From positions 1,184,001 to 1,248,000 of the forward strand of contig OY969807.1 in assembly GCA_963703285.1 (NCBI GenBank): 64,000 bases of DNA, written 5' to 3'. Under the pieces are notes generated by a model, which was not told the origin of the DNA, searched no databases, and was given only the letters and a program-made list of their open reading frames with translations. This document shows positions 9,498 through 19,800 of this stretch, one piece after another. Numbering within the stretch: the stretch's first letter is position 1; each line of letters begins with the position of its first letter. The DNA is from an uncultured Nitrososphaerota archaeon. Lineage in GTDB: Archaea > Thermoproteota > Nitrososphaeria > Nitrososphaerales > Gagatemarchaeaceae. The position numbers were made by a program, and so were the translations under genes.

Positions 9498-10847
9498 CTA
9501 GTAGGCTATCGAAGCGAGAATCGTGGGGAGGAAGACCAAGGAGAGAATCAAGACGACCATCACGACCGAGCAGATTGTGGTCAGGAGCTTCGCCCTCGCC
9601 TCGAACCAACTCCTCCCGCAGTGCCCCAGCCATGCCTGAAGGGCCTGGCCCCCGTCGAGCGGATAGAGGGGTATCGCGTTGAAGAGCGCCAGGTTCACGT
9701 TGATGAAGAATATCCAGAAGAGCACGAGCGCGATCGGATACCACGATCCCCCCAGGACCGGCGAGGAGTAGTCAATATGCAGCGTGTCCGAGAAGGGGAC
9801 GATCGTCTCGGCCTGAGGTAAGATCCCAGGGACGATGAGGTAGAGGAGCGGGTCGTGCGCGTAGGCGCCGGCGTAGGTGTTCCTGACCGTGGACAGGTTC
9901 TCGCCGCTCACGTCGACACCGATGAACCCTATGCTCTCGTTGTCCGGATTGGCTCCGAGCGTGATCGGGTATGTGTTCGTCTGGCCGTCGTGGCTGATGG
10001 AGAGCTGCAGCGTCTCGTTCGGCTTCGTCCCCGCCATGAAGTTCGCCAGGACCTGCTCGGAGTAGACCTGCGTGCCGTTGACCGCGGTTATGAAGTCGCC
10101 GGACTGGAGGTGGCCCTCGCCGTGCAGCTCGTAGGCAGGGCTGGAAGAGGAGTACTGCGTTATCAGCACCCCGCTGGACAGGGGGACGAGGCCCCCAAGG
10201 AGCAGGACAAGAAGGATCAGGGCGGCGCCGCCGACTATCGTGTTACTCCCCGGGCCCGCGGCCAGTATCCTTACGGAGTCCCTGGGTCGAAGCTTCTGCA
10301 TCAGCTTCTCGTCGAGCTCGACGAACGCCCCGATAGGGATGAAGAGGAAGAACACCAGCCCGGTGGACGTCACCGAGAGCTTGAGCCTGCGCGCCATCAC
10401 GCCGTGGCTCCCCTCGTGCACCACCACCGCGACAACTATCCCGATTATTCCGTAGAGGACCGGGATGTACCGGTTAATCCCCGGAAGAAGGAGGAAGTCG
10501 TTCAGGGCGGGCGCGCTTCCCGTGACCAGGTTGTTCGCGTGGCACTGGGCCGCCGGGGCGGCCCCGAAGGCGCAGCGAATGGCGAGGCTGCTGCTCAGAA
10601 GGGCGTAATTCTCGTCGAGCATGATCCAGATCATGAACGCGCCGGCCGCCAGCATTATGGCGATGTACAGCCACCCAATGTCGGAGAAGATTCTGAAGCG
10701 GGCGAAGTCATCGAGGACCTTGAGCAGCCTCTTGGTCCTGACCATCACGAGCCCCAGGTTGAAGGTCACCGCCTTCTCTTCAGCTCCTTCCTCCGGCTCC
10801 GAGACCGCGGCGCCTCCCTGGCCTTCCTCGGGGTTCGGATCTGACAA
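9498..10847 (-). CDS. Site-2 protease (peptidase M50) with PDZ-like domain
   Basis: HEGSH zinc motif, AAGPGSN, FNAIPLYPLDGG. Confidence 0.95.
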   Translation of the reverse strand: MSDPNPEEGQGGAAVSEPEEGAEEKAVTFNLGLVMVRTKRLLKVLDDFARFRIFSDIGWLYIAIMLAAGAFMIWIMLDENYALLSSSLAIRCAFGAAPAAQCHANNLVTGSAPALNDFLLLPGINRYIPVLYGIIGIVVAVVVHEGSHGVMARRLKLSVTSTGLVFFLFIPIGAFVELDEKLMQKLRPRDSVRILAAGPGSNTIVGGAALILLVLLLGGLVPLSSGVLITQYSSSSPAYELHGEGHLQSGDFITAVNGTQVYSEQVLANFMAGTKPNETLQLSISHDGQTNTYPITLGANPDNESIGFIGVDVSGENLSTVRNTYAGAYAHDPLLYLIVPGILPQAETIVPFSDTLHIDYSSPVLGGSWYPIALVLFWIFFINVNLALFNAIPLYPLDGGQALQAWLGHCGRSWFEARAKLLTTICSVVMVVLILSLVFLPTILASIAY

Positions 10848-10998
10848 GATTCTGACTGTGAAAGGGCTGGCCGGCGGGAGAGAGATAATAACTGTGCGCA
10901 CGCCGGAGGCGGATCGCACCACGCCCAGACGCGATCGTCGTATGCACCAGCTAAATAGTCGGCCGGCTCTTCATGCCGCTCGGTTGCCCGTCTCGAGG

Positions 10999-11244
10999 AT
11001 GGCGCGGTTCATCGTCCTCTACTATTCCCACATACTTACGACCATCCCGATCCCGCTGGCGCTTCTCATCATCAACCTGGTGAGCCCGCAGGGTGCGCTC
11101 GCCCTGGTCCTCCTTCTCGCAGGCTTCTGGACCCTTGTCGGGGGCGTTACGATGGTGTCGAAGGACTTGAAACAGCTGAGAAGGCTCTACCTTGTCATGG
11201 GGGTCGTGCTGATGCTGGTCTCGCCTGCCGCGCTTCTGCTCTGA
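10999..11244 (+). CDS. Small membrane protein
   Basis: Three hydrophobic segments; TAAATA upstream. Confidence 0.55.
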   Translation: MARFIVLYYSHILTTIPIPLALLIINLVSPQGALALVLLLAGFWTLVGGVTMVSKDLKQLRRLYLVMGVVLMLVSPAALLL

Positions 11245-11260
11245 GAGTCGCGCAACTGGT

Positions 11261-12238
11261 TCACTCCGCCTCCTCGACCCTCTTGAGGACGCGGAGCGCG
11301 CTGAGGGTGATCCACTTGCTCGGCCTCCCGGCTCTCTCCAGCGAGAAGGGCTTGACTCTCCGTTTCAGGTTGTTCTTCCCCCAGGCGTAGCTGGCGGGAT
11401 CGGGGTGGACCCTGTCGAGGATCCACGTGCCATCCGGAAGCCGTTTGCGCTTCAAGATGTCCAAGGCGGGTCCGAGGCGCCTGTCGCCAGCATAGCCGAG
11501 GCTGGTGATGACGTCGAGTCCGACGAGGACGTCGTAGTAGTAGTGCACGGGGTAGTGGAACCTGAACCAGGGCCTGTACTTTGGCCCTCCTTCGTCGAAG
11601 AGCCTGCGTTCCAGGTAGAACTCCGCGCCGCGCTCGATGGAGCCCTTGATCCGCCTGGTCCTCTTGGTTTCCGGGAGAGCGGCGAAGGCAGCGAGAGCCT
11701 CCCAGCAGTCGAGCGTCCCCTTCCTGGGGTCCCAGCAGTGCCAGCCACCGTCCTCCTTCTGGTCCTCCAGGAGGCGTTCGAAGAGTTTCCAGACCCGGGG
11801 GTCGTCCGCGTAGCCGAAGCGAGTCATCATCCGGGCGGCGTTCCCGACTATGCAGACCTCCTCCCCGGAGATGTCCTTCTCCCCTTCCCCAAGCCACTCC
11901 TCGAAGAAGAGGTCCGCGGTCTTCTTGACGTGAGGGTCCTCCCTGGTCAGCCCAAGGTCGGAGAGAACGAGCGACATCCAGTTTGTTGCCGTGTACTTCG
12001 GCCTGTAGAGCGACTTGCGCGACTCCCAGTACCCCCCGGGCTTTTGCTTCGACAGGATGCTGCGCGCCCATCCCTTCGTCGGAATCTCGGCGCGCGCTCG
12101 CTCGGCCCGCGGGTCGCCCGCACCGACCCCGTGGAGGTCCAGCAGGGCGCGATACCGGACAGCCGGCTGTCCCTCTTCGAGAAGCCAGTCGTCGACCGAC
12201 CAAGGAGCCTTCGTCAACAGCTTCGTCTCCAACGACAC
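11261..12238 (-). CDS. Prenyltransferase/squalene-cyclase-repeat protein
   Basis: Q...GYW, Q.EDGGWHC, F.YP..Y.YD.L, PSKWITL.ALRVLK. Confidence 0.75.
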   Translation of the reverse strand: MSLETKLLTKAPWSVDDWLLEEGQPAVRYRALLDLHGVGAGDPRAERARAEIPTKGWARSILSKQKPGGYWESRKSLYRPKYTATNWMSLVLSDLGLTREDPHVKKTADLFFEEWLGEGEKDISGEEVCIVGNAARMMTRFGYADDPRVWKLFERLLEDQKEDGGWHCWDPRKGTLDCWEALAAFAALPETKRTRRIKGSIERGAEFYLERRLFDEGGPKYRPWFRFHYPVHYYYDVLVGLDVITSLGYAGDRRLGPALDILKRKRLPDGTWILDRVHPDPASYAWGKNNLKRRVKPFSLERAGRPSKWITLSALRVLKRVEEAE

Positions 12239-12257
12239 CGACGAGATGATGGCTCGC

Positions 12258-12977
12258 TCATATCAATGCAGCCAACACGACGGCCATGATGCCGGTCAGA
12301 AATATCCCATCGAACGTCCCGGCACCGCCTATACTTTCCATCTCCGCTCCGGAATGGTCTGCGTGGCGGAGGTTCGTGAGGTCGGCGCCGATCAGGCACC
12401 CGAGCGTCCCGCAGATGTAGGCGACCACCGCGGGCTGGCCGGGCATCACTACGTACGCTACTACCACAGCGAACAGGGGCGGAAGAAACGCGGGGGTGAC
12501 GATGCCCACCCCGTCAATCTTCCTCGCAACGAGATGGATCAGGACCGATGTGATCACTGTTCCCACGAGGGCGGCCAGCAGGAGCGAGAGAGGGTGGGTC
12601 GCCAACAGGTAGATCGAGACGAGCACAGGAATTATGCCTCCGCCGAGGTTGACGGCTATGGTGGTCGAGACCATCCTCACCACCCTCCTCGGTATCCTGT
12701 AGGTCATCCAGAACGCCCTCACCTCCTGAACTACGACCATGGGCACGGACGCCTTGACGCTGTAGAGGGGAATGTCGACGGCGCTTCCCAGCAGCGTGGC
12801 GGTCAGTATGAGCGCGAATTCAAGCGGGGTGAACCCGATCCTCTCGAACGCGAATTCGCTGACCCCCAGGAAGAGGAGGACCACGGCTGCCGTGAGGAGC
12901 AACGCGAGCAGGATGAGGAGGGGGCTTCTGTGGTGGCTGCGGTGCACCCAGACAGCGGGGTATTCGTCCTCGCTCAT
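12258..12977 (-). CDS. DUF1614 membrane protein
   Basis: IAVNLGG.IIP, GTLG.LIGADL.NL, SIGGAGTFDGIFLTGI. Confidence 0.9.
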   Translation of the reverse strand: MSEDEYPAVWVHRSHHRSPLLILLALLLTAAVVLLFLGVSEFAFERIGFTPLEFALILTATLLGSAVDIPLYSVKASVPMVVVQEVRAFWMTYRIPRRVVRMVSTTIAVNLGGGIIPVLVSIYLLATHPLSLLLAALVGTVITSVLIHLVARKIDGVGIVTPAFLPPLFAVVVAYVVMPGQPAVVAYICGTLGCLIGADLTNLRHADHSGAEMESIGGAGTFDGIFLTGIMAVVLAALI

Positions 12978-13097
12978 GAACAGTGTCACCCGGGTTCGCG
13001 TGCAATTAGTCCTTTTCCTGTGCCTCCGTCTCCGGGCCGTATCGAGGAGAAGGTGCAAAGGTTCTTGTGAGGGGAACGGCATACGGATAGGTCGTCC

Positions 13098-14943
13098 ATG
13101 AGTCGGGCCTCTCGGCTCTTCCAGCCCATCAACCGGTTTATGCAGCAGAACTACCTCGGGAAGTGGACGCTGGTCGGCGTGCTCATCGGCACGATTGCTG
13201 GCCTGGGAGCCGTCGCCTTCTACTACGGAATCCTGCTCGTAACCCGCCTGATGCTCGGCGGAATCACCGGATTCTACCCTCCCAGCCCTTCGGGCGAGGC
13301 CGCGCTGGCCGCGAGCGTCCACCCCGATTTTCTGCTCGTGCCTCTCTCGACCATCTTGGGGGCTATCATAGCCGGCCTCATCGTCTACTCTTTTGCGCCG
13401 GAGGCCGAGGGCCACGGGACCGACGAGGCGATAGCTGCGTTCCACAGGAAGGACGGCAAAATCAGGCGCCGCATCCCCCTCGTGAAGGCGGTGGCGTCGA
13501 CCTTCACCCTAGGCTCGGGGGGAAGCGGAGGCAGGGAGGGACCGACCGCGCTCATAGGAGCCGGCTTCGGGTCCTTCATCGCCGACGCTCTGAAGCTCTC
13601 GGTCCGTGAGAGGCGGATTGCCGTGGCCGTGGGGCTCGGGGCAGGGATCGGTGCGATCTTCAAGGCACCCTTCGCGGGAGCGATACTCAGCGGGGAGATA
13701 CTCTACAGCGGCGGAGACTTCGAGGTCGAGGCCTTGGTCCCGTCCTTCATCGCCTCGCCGGCCGGATACCTGATCTTCGCGTCCTTCACAGGCTTCACAC
13801 CCATCTTCGGGAACTCCGTGTCCTACGCCTTCACGAACGCGAGCACCATTCCCCTCTACATAGCGCTGGGCCTGGGCTGCGGCCTCGTGGGAAGGGCCTA
13901 CTCGACGGCCTTCTACTCGGTCAAGGCCTTTTTCGGTTCGCTCTCCCTCCCGAAGTACTTCCGCCCCGCGCTGGGCGCCGCGGTGACCGGTGTCATCGGG
14001 ATATTCTTCCCCCAGGTCCTCGGCCTCGGGTATGGCTTCGAGCAGTTCCTCATCAACGGGAACCTCGGGGCGATAGCTCCGAACTTCTTCGCGCTCCCCA
14101 TCGTTGTGACCCTGCTGCTCGTCGTCGTCCTGAAGATAGTCGCGACTTCCTTCACGGTCGGGTCGGGAGGGAGCGCCGGCGTCTTCGCCCCCTCGATGGT
14201 CATCGGAGGTTTCCTCGGGGCGGTCTTCTGGGTCGCCGTCAACTACGCATTCCCCGGATGGATACCAGTCCCCGCCCCGCTGGTCATCGTGGGGATGATG
14301 GCCCTCTTCGGAGGGGTCGGCAGGGCGCCCATAGCGGTCATGCTGATGGTCAGCGAGATGACGGGGTCGCTCTCTCTCCTGGTGCCGGCCGTCGTCGCCG
14401 TGATAGTAGCATACTTCGTGGTCGGGCCCAAGCACACCATCTACAAGAGCCAGGTCCTCAACAGGGCGGAATCACCGGCCCACATGTTCGAGTACAGCAC
14501 GCCCCTGCTCACAAAGATCAGCGTGGCGCAGGCGATGAACCGCGAGGTGTATACGCTGACGCCGGTCGAGAGCGCTGACGACGCCTACAAGGCCATCGTC
14601 GACAAGAGCTGCTCGGCCGTCCTGGTGGTAGACGCAACCGGCGCGGTCGTCGGCATAGTGACCATGAGCGACCTGCTCAGGGTGCCCACCGAGAAGAGGC
14701 CGACGACGGATGTCGGATCCGTGATGACCAAGAACGTGGTGACGACGACGCCGGACGACAGCCTACTCGAGCGCGATGAACAAACTGGTCGCCAACGAGG
14801 TGGGACAGCTACCCGTCGTCGAGAAGGGGACGAACAGGCTCGTCGGGATGATGACGATGAAGGACGCGATCAGGACCTATGACAGCGTCGCTCACTGGAC
14901 CCCTCTCCCGGACTCCGCTCCGCCGGGCGGTTCCAGCAAGTGA
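13098..14943 (+). CDS. ClC chloride channel/antiporter with CBS pair; +1 frameshift at ~14769
   Basis: GHG, GSGGREGP, GGSAGVFAP; second CBS (SAMNKLVANEVGQLPVV) continues in a shifted frame to TGA 14943. Confidence 0.9.
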
Positions 14944-14947
14944 GCCG

Positions 14948-16039
14948 CTAGGTAGCGCCCGCTTCCTTCTCAAGCTCCTGCAGGTTTCCCGGGTCGCCCA
15001 GGACGAGGATGGTGTCGCCCTCGGTAAGGCGGAAGGCGGGGTCGAAGATGTTCTGGACCACGTTCGCGCCCCTCACCACCCCTATGACCACGGCGAGGCT
15101 GGAGACCTCCTGCAGCCCCTTGCCGATGAGCTTCGAGGACTTGAAGAGGGAAAAGCGCGCTATCTCCTTTGTACCTATCTCCTCGGAGAAGACCACGCCG
15201 ACCAGCTCCTTCGTAACGGCCGAGAGGGCCAGCAGGTGCCCCACCGTCACCGAGGAGGGGATAACGACGTCCGCGCCGGCGTTCTTCGCGGCCTCGATGA
15301 GCTCCGAGTCGTGCACGACGCTGACAATCCTGAGGTCGGGGCGGACCTTCCGCGCGCTGAGCGTTATCAGCATGTTCTTCGAATCGTCCTGGTGCGCGGC
15401 GATCAGCATACCGGCCCTCTCTATACCCGCGGCCTTGAGCGCCTCCATGGGCCTCGTCTCGTGCTCAAGCACCGCCATGACGCGATTCTTGATGAGGCTG
15501 TCGTACAGCTGAGGTTCGGTCGTCACGACCACATAGTCAAGCCCGAGTTCGTCCAGCTTCTCCATGACGTACTTCCCCAGGTGGCCGTAGCCGTAGACGA
15601 CCACGTGCCTCTTGATGTGCTTGGTCAGAGCCTGCTCTACCTTGCCCTTGGCGAGGTCCCCGTTCACGAAAGCCCCGACGGTTGCCTGGACGATTGACGC
15701 GCCCGCGCCGACCGAGACGATTATCATGACTATCAGGAGGACGGCCTCGGTGTGGTTGAGGGTCACGAAGTTCCCCCCGTTCGGCACGTAGAGCCCGATG
15801 GTGGTGATCGTCGAGACGGACGCCAGGAATGCGTTGACCGGCGGAAGCTTCCCGTAGTAGGAGAAGATCACAGCGCCCGAGACGAACATCGTGCCGAGTA
15901 TCGCGAGCTGCCTGTAGGCGACCTGTAGGAAGACGATGGGCTCATAGAGGCCCGCGTACAGGCTGAACCGCAGCTTCCTGCTCTCGCGCTTGAGCTTCAT
16001 GCGCTGCCCGTAGGGCAGGACCCTGTCCTCCGGATTCAC
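14948..16039 (-). CDS. Potassium channel with TrkA-N/TrkA-C (RCK) domains
   Basis: STITTIG pore-like motif, HVVVYGYGHLG Rossmann motif, AGADVVI. Confidence 0.85.
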   Translation of the reverse strand: MNPEDRVLPYGQRMKLKRESRKLRFSLYAGLYEPIVFLQVAYRQLAILGTMFVSGAVIFSYYGKLPPVNAFLASVSTITTIGLYVPNGGNFVTLNHTEAVLLIVMIIVSVGAGASIVQATVGAFVNGDLAKGKVEQALTKHIKRHVVVYGYGHLGKYVMEKLDELGLDYVVVTTEPQLYDSLIKNRVMAVLEHETRPMEALKAAGIERAGMLIAAHQDDSKNMLITLSARKVRPDLRIVSVVHDSELIEAAKNAGADVVIPSSVTVGHLLALSAVTKELVGVVFSEEIGTKEIARFSLFKSSKLIGKGLQEVSSLAVVIGVVRGANVVQNIFDPAFRLTEGDTILVLGDPGNLQELEKEAGAT

Positions 16040-16183
16040 AAGCCCGAGGGGCGAGGACTGGTTTTACGTCTTTCTCTTTTTCGTCCGAGGATCGCATCTG
16101 TCAGTTCGGCGAGTTGAAGATGCGCGCCTCGGCGTTGAAGGTGCGGTCTCCCGCATAAATACTGCTCTTCCGGGGAAATCCAC

Positions 16184-16456
16184 ATGACGAGTCCAGGGTC
16201 GTGGCAGGGTCCGGCGGGAGGAGGTCACGGAAGCCCGCTCGTGCCCATAGCTCTCTCGATTCTGGGCGTCGTCGCCTGGCTTGTCTTCATCCTGCTCTAC
16301 GCGCTCTTCTGGTCGAAGGGCTACGACCTGTTCCAGAACATCGTCGTGACCATCGCGTCGCTGCTAATCGTGGGTCTGCTCATTGGACTGATGTGGGTCG
16401 TCTGGGGGTTGAGGGTAGGACGGAGATGGGGAGCGGCTGGCTGGGCTGGTACTTGA
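16184..16456 (+). CDS. Small membrane protein
   Basis: Two TM segments (WLVFILLYALFWS..LFQNIV); ATAAATA ~25 nt upstream. Confidence 0.7.
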   Translation: MTSPGSWQGPAGGGHGSPLVPIALSILGVVAWLVFILLYALFWSKGYDLFQNIVVTIASLLIVGLLIGLMWVVWGLRVGRRWGAAGWAGT

Positions 16457-16515
16457 TTGGCCCTAGAGTGAGCCGAGCGGTATCACCGCGCCATGAAGGG
16501 GGTGAGTGACCGGCC

Positions 16516-16920
16516 TTGGCATCCTCTGACCAGTTCTCGGGCAGGAGGTACATAATCTTGGAGTGGTACAAGAAGGGGGGAGTACCAAGGCGCACTCCCG
16601 TCCAGTCAATCGAGCGCGACGGGATTCTCTACGTGCGAACAGGTCCCACGGCCTAGAAGGTCAGGCGGATACGCAGGAACCCCCACGTGCGCGTGGTGCT
16701 GTCTGACAGGAGAGGGAATCCCACCGGGACCAGGGTCGAGGCGGAGGCGAGCATCCTGGAGGGAGAGGAGGGTAATCGGATGCTGGAAGTCTTCAGGAAG
16801 GACTACGGGACCATCGGGTACTCGGTTGTGGGCCTCGTCGGCCGGATGAGAGGATTCAAGCAGATGACGACGGTCATCTCAATCAGGCTCCTGTCTCAGG
16901 CGAAACTTCCCAGCGCGTGA
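16516..16920 (+). pseudogene. PPOX-class F420-dependent oxidoreductase with internal TAG (16654-16656)
   Basis: YIILE.YKK.G..R.TPV..LYVRTG.TA*KVRRIRRNPHVRV..D.RG.P.G. Confidence 0.8.
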
Positions 16921-17061
16921 TCCGGGAATGCGCCGTGTACGGGTCGGTCTCGTGCCGGGAGGATGAGTCCGGGACGCGCGGATATGACCTGGATGTCAGA
17001 AATGAGAATCGTACCCCGTGGTTATTTACTTCGAACTTTGGGTGATTTATGTCGACCATCG

Positions 17062-17547
17062 ATGAAAGCGTGCGTAATCTTCGATTCTCGCTACGGGAAT
17101 ACTGAGAAGATTGCAAGATCATTCGAAGTTGGGCTTCGCGAGGCCGGGATTGAGACCTTCTGCACCAGCGCTAGGAATGTAGTGGTGGACGCCTCGTTGG
17201 CCCAGTACGATTTGATCTGCGTCGGCGCCCCGACGGAATGGCGTACGGCGTCCAGGTCGGCGAGAAAGCTCCTGGCGAAGTTCAAGAGGGTTAATCTGTC
17301 CGGGAAGTATGGCTTCGCCTTCGACACGAGGTACGCCTCCCGACTCTCCGGGAGCGCGGCGAAGCTGATCGAGAGGGAGCTGAAGGACCGTGGCATCGTG
17401 GCGATCGCCTCATACGAGTCGGCAATCGTCTCCCGCGTTAGGGGCGGTGCGATCCTGCTCGAGGAGGGAGAAGAGGAGCGGTTCAAGTGCATTGGGGCGC
17501 GGGTAGGAGCGACCCTCGCAGCCAGGGGAACGATCGCTCCTGCGTGA
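17062..17547 (+). CDS. Flavodoxin-like protein
   Basis: FDSRYGNTEKIA, YDLICVGAPT, AFDTR. Confidence 0.9.
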   Translation: MKACVIFDSRYGNTEKIARSFEVGLREAGIETFCTSARNVVVDASLAQYDLICVGAPTEWRTASRSARKLLAKFKRVNLSGKYGFAFDTRYASRLSGSAAKLIERELKDRGIVAIASYESAIVSRVRGGAILLEEGEEERFKCIGARVGATLAARGTIAPA

Positions 17548-17708
17548 GCGCCGAGACAAGACGCGAAAGTTCAGAATCGGTGTTTTGGAATAGCCGACCG
17601 AAATTACGAGCTTCCTCCAGTTCTGTCCCCCACGTGGACCGAGATTTCATACTAGGCTTGTGAGCAAGACTTTCACCGATGACAAGATTGCCTCGACGGG
17701 AAAGTCGT

Positions 17709-18455
17709 CTACTTCCATTTTGTAAGTATCTCCTCCCTGCGGAACGTTGCCCTTGAGATGAAGAAGAGGAGGACGTCCAGTACAAGGAAAGCGGCAACAA
17801 TGATCAAGAAGGTGCTTGTCGAGCCGAGGTCGATGATGCCCAGCTCCCCGGCTACGTACAGCCCGGCGAGGGGCAGAACCGTAAGAGCTCCAAGCTGTTG
17901 ACCGGTACGGACGTCGTTTATCCTTGAGGAGACGATCACGTTCACCTGGACGCTCAACAGGACCGCGAGTGGAACCAGCATGAAGAGCAAGGCGGCTGCG
18001 GACCAGTTAGGGAAGTAGTAGTAACCAAGTGTGCCGTGCGTCGTGAGGTCCATGAGAATCATGAAGACCGTCGCGCCTCCCAAGACCGCTACCAAGGGCG
18101 GGATGAACGCGGCGATGCCCTTTCCGAGTAGGATCTCACCGTCGGTCGTGGGAGTCGCCAGCAGCGGCTCCAGGCTCTTCTCGACCTTCTCGCCGACTAT
18201 GGTGTAGGATGCGATGGGGGTCGGGAGATACGCCGCAAGGATGACGTAGAAGAAGAGGAAGGCGGGAAGAAGTATCAGGAGCTCCGCCGCCGGGATGCCG
18301 TTCGCGCCGCCCTTGTGACCCCCGTAGCGGATAATCGCTGGGATGATGACGGCGACAATTAGCGGGACCACCACCAGAGAGTAGATTATGTTCCTCTTCT
18401 TCCTGTACGTCTTGAAGTCCTTCGCCGCGATGATCCATGATTTCGAGAGCCGCGT
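17709..18455 (-). CDS. ABC-2 type permease (ACG at the expected start)
   Basis: SWIIAAKDFK..IVGEKVEKSLEPLLATP..EILLGK. Confidence 0.88.
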   Translation of the reverse strand, partial: TRLSKSWIIAAKDFKTYRKKRNIIYSLVVVPLIVAVIIPAIIRYGGHKGGANGIPAAELLILLPAFLFFYVILAAYLPTPIASYTIVGEKVEKSLEPLLATPTTDGEILLGKGIAAFIPPLVAVLGGATVFMILMDLTTHGTLGYYYFPNWSAAALLFMLVPLAVLLSVQVNVIVSSRINDVRTGQQLGALTVLPLAGLYVAGELGIIDLGSTSTFLIIVAAFLVLDVLLFFISRATFRREEILTKWK

Positions 18456-19394
18456 CTAACTGGCCTCCCTCACGAGTTTCAGATACGCGTCCTCGAGGGA
18501 CGAGCCGGTGACGGAGACGGACTGGACATTTCCCCCGGCCAAGACTATCGCGCCAACGATAGCAGCGTTCTCCGTCTCGGGGTTCTTCACATCGATGGTC
18601 AGCTTGTTGCCATCGACCGCCACGTCCCCGACAGGCAGCTTCTTCAGGGCCGCCAGTATCGCGTCGCTGACCTGCTCGAGCTGGATCACGGTCTTCTTTC
18701 CGGCCACCGACCGCTCCAACTCGTCCGGGGTGCCCGTCGCCATGAGTTTCGTGTTCAGGATTCCGATCCTGTCGCAGATCCTCTGGGCCTCGTCGAGGTT
18801 GTGCGTGTTCAGGAAGATGGTCCTCTTCTCTTTCTTGAGCTCGAGGATGAAGTCCCGCACCGTCTTCGACGCCTCGGGGTCGAGGTTCGCGGTCGGCTCG
18901 TCCATGAAGATTATCTCAGGCTCATGGATGAGGGCCCTTGCTATCGCAAGTTTTTGCTTCATCCCCTTCGAGAACGTCCCAGCTGTGACATCCTTCTTCT
19001 CCCACAGTCCCAGCATAGTGAGGAAGCGCTGGATGTTCTCCTTCCTCTGTGCTTCGGTGCAGTCGTACAGCTTCCCGTAGAAGTCCAAGTTGTCATAGGC
19101 GGTGAGGTCGTCGTAGAGGCCCACGTTGTCGGGGACCAATCCAATCAGCTTCCTTATCTTGAGTGAATCAGCGTCGTTGCCAACATTATAGCCAGCAATC
19201 TTCGCCTCCCCGCTGGTCTTCGATATCAGGCAGCACAGCATCCTCACCGTGGTCGTCTTCCCCGCTCCGTTTGGCCCGAGAAAGCCGAAGACCTCACCCT
19301 GCTCGACGCGGAGGGTCACGCTGTCGACCGCGGTAAGGTCACCGAACTTCTTGGTCAGCCCGACTACTTCAATCGCGGGGGCAGGAGATGTCAT
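18456..19394 (-). CDS. ABC transporter ATP-binding protein
   Basis: GPNGAGKTT, FSKGMKQK, MDEPT. Confidence 0.95.
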   Translation of the reverse strand: MTSPAPAIEVVGLTKKFGDLTAVDSVTLRVEQGEVFGFLGPNGAGKTTTVRMLCCLISKTSGEAKIAGYNVGNDADSLKIRKLIGLVPDNVGLYDDLTAYDNLDFYGKLYDCTEAQRKENIQRFLTMLGLWEKKDVTAGTFSKGMKQKLAIARALIHEPEIIFMDEPTANLDPEASKTVRDFILELKKEKRTIFLNTHNLDEAQRICDRIGILNTKLMATGTPDELERSVAGKKTVIQLEQVSDAILAALKKLPVGDVAVDGNKLTIDVKNPETENAAIVGAIVLAGGNVQSVSVTGSSLEDAYLKLVREAS

Positions 19395-19800
19395 GGGTAG
19401 GCGAGCGGCCTCGTTCTTTCCCCACCTTCGTCCTCCATAAATGCAGTTCGGCCGGTACAAACCCTCTATCTGTACGCTAAGAAAGTTCTAGGCCCCCGGC
19501 GCACGAGGAGCCTCGAGAAAACGGCCGAGGAAGAGGCCATCTCTCCAAGAGAGATCAGGAAGATAGCTGAGAGTGCTCTCGTGGTCCAGTCAGCTGCTCC
19601 GAGGAGTTGGGGAGTGCTGTACGTGGAATGCTGAACATACTGGCGTGGGCAACCGCGACTACGGCTTGCTGCTCGAGATTGCCCCCAAAGACTGACAAGT
19701 TCGGGCCAGGGCGCCTCTCAATATTCGAGGGCGCTCTGTCGTTCGGAAGCCTGTGCCTACTGCCGATTTGGTTCCCGAAGCCAGTCGTGTGATAGAGGGG

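Noticed and set aside
12978-13445. N-terminal extension of the DUF1614 ORF
   Set aside because: Overlaps the divergent ClC gene; family similarity starts at 12977
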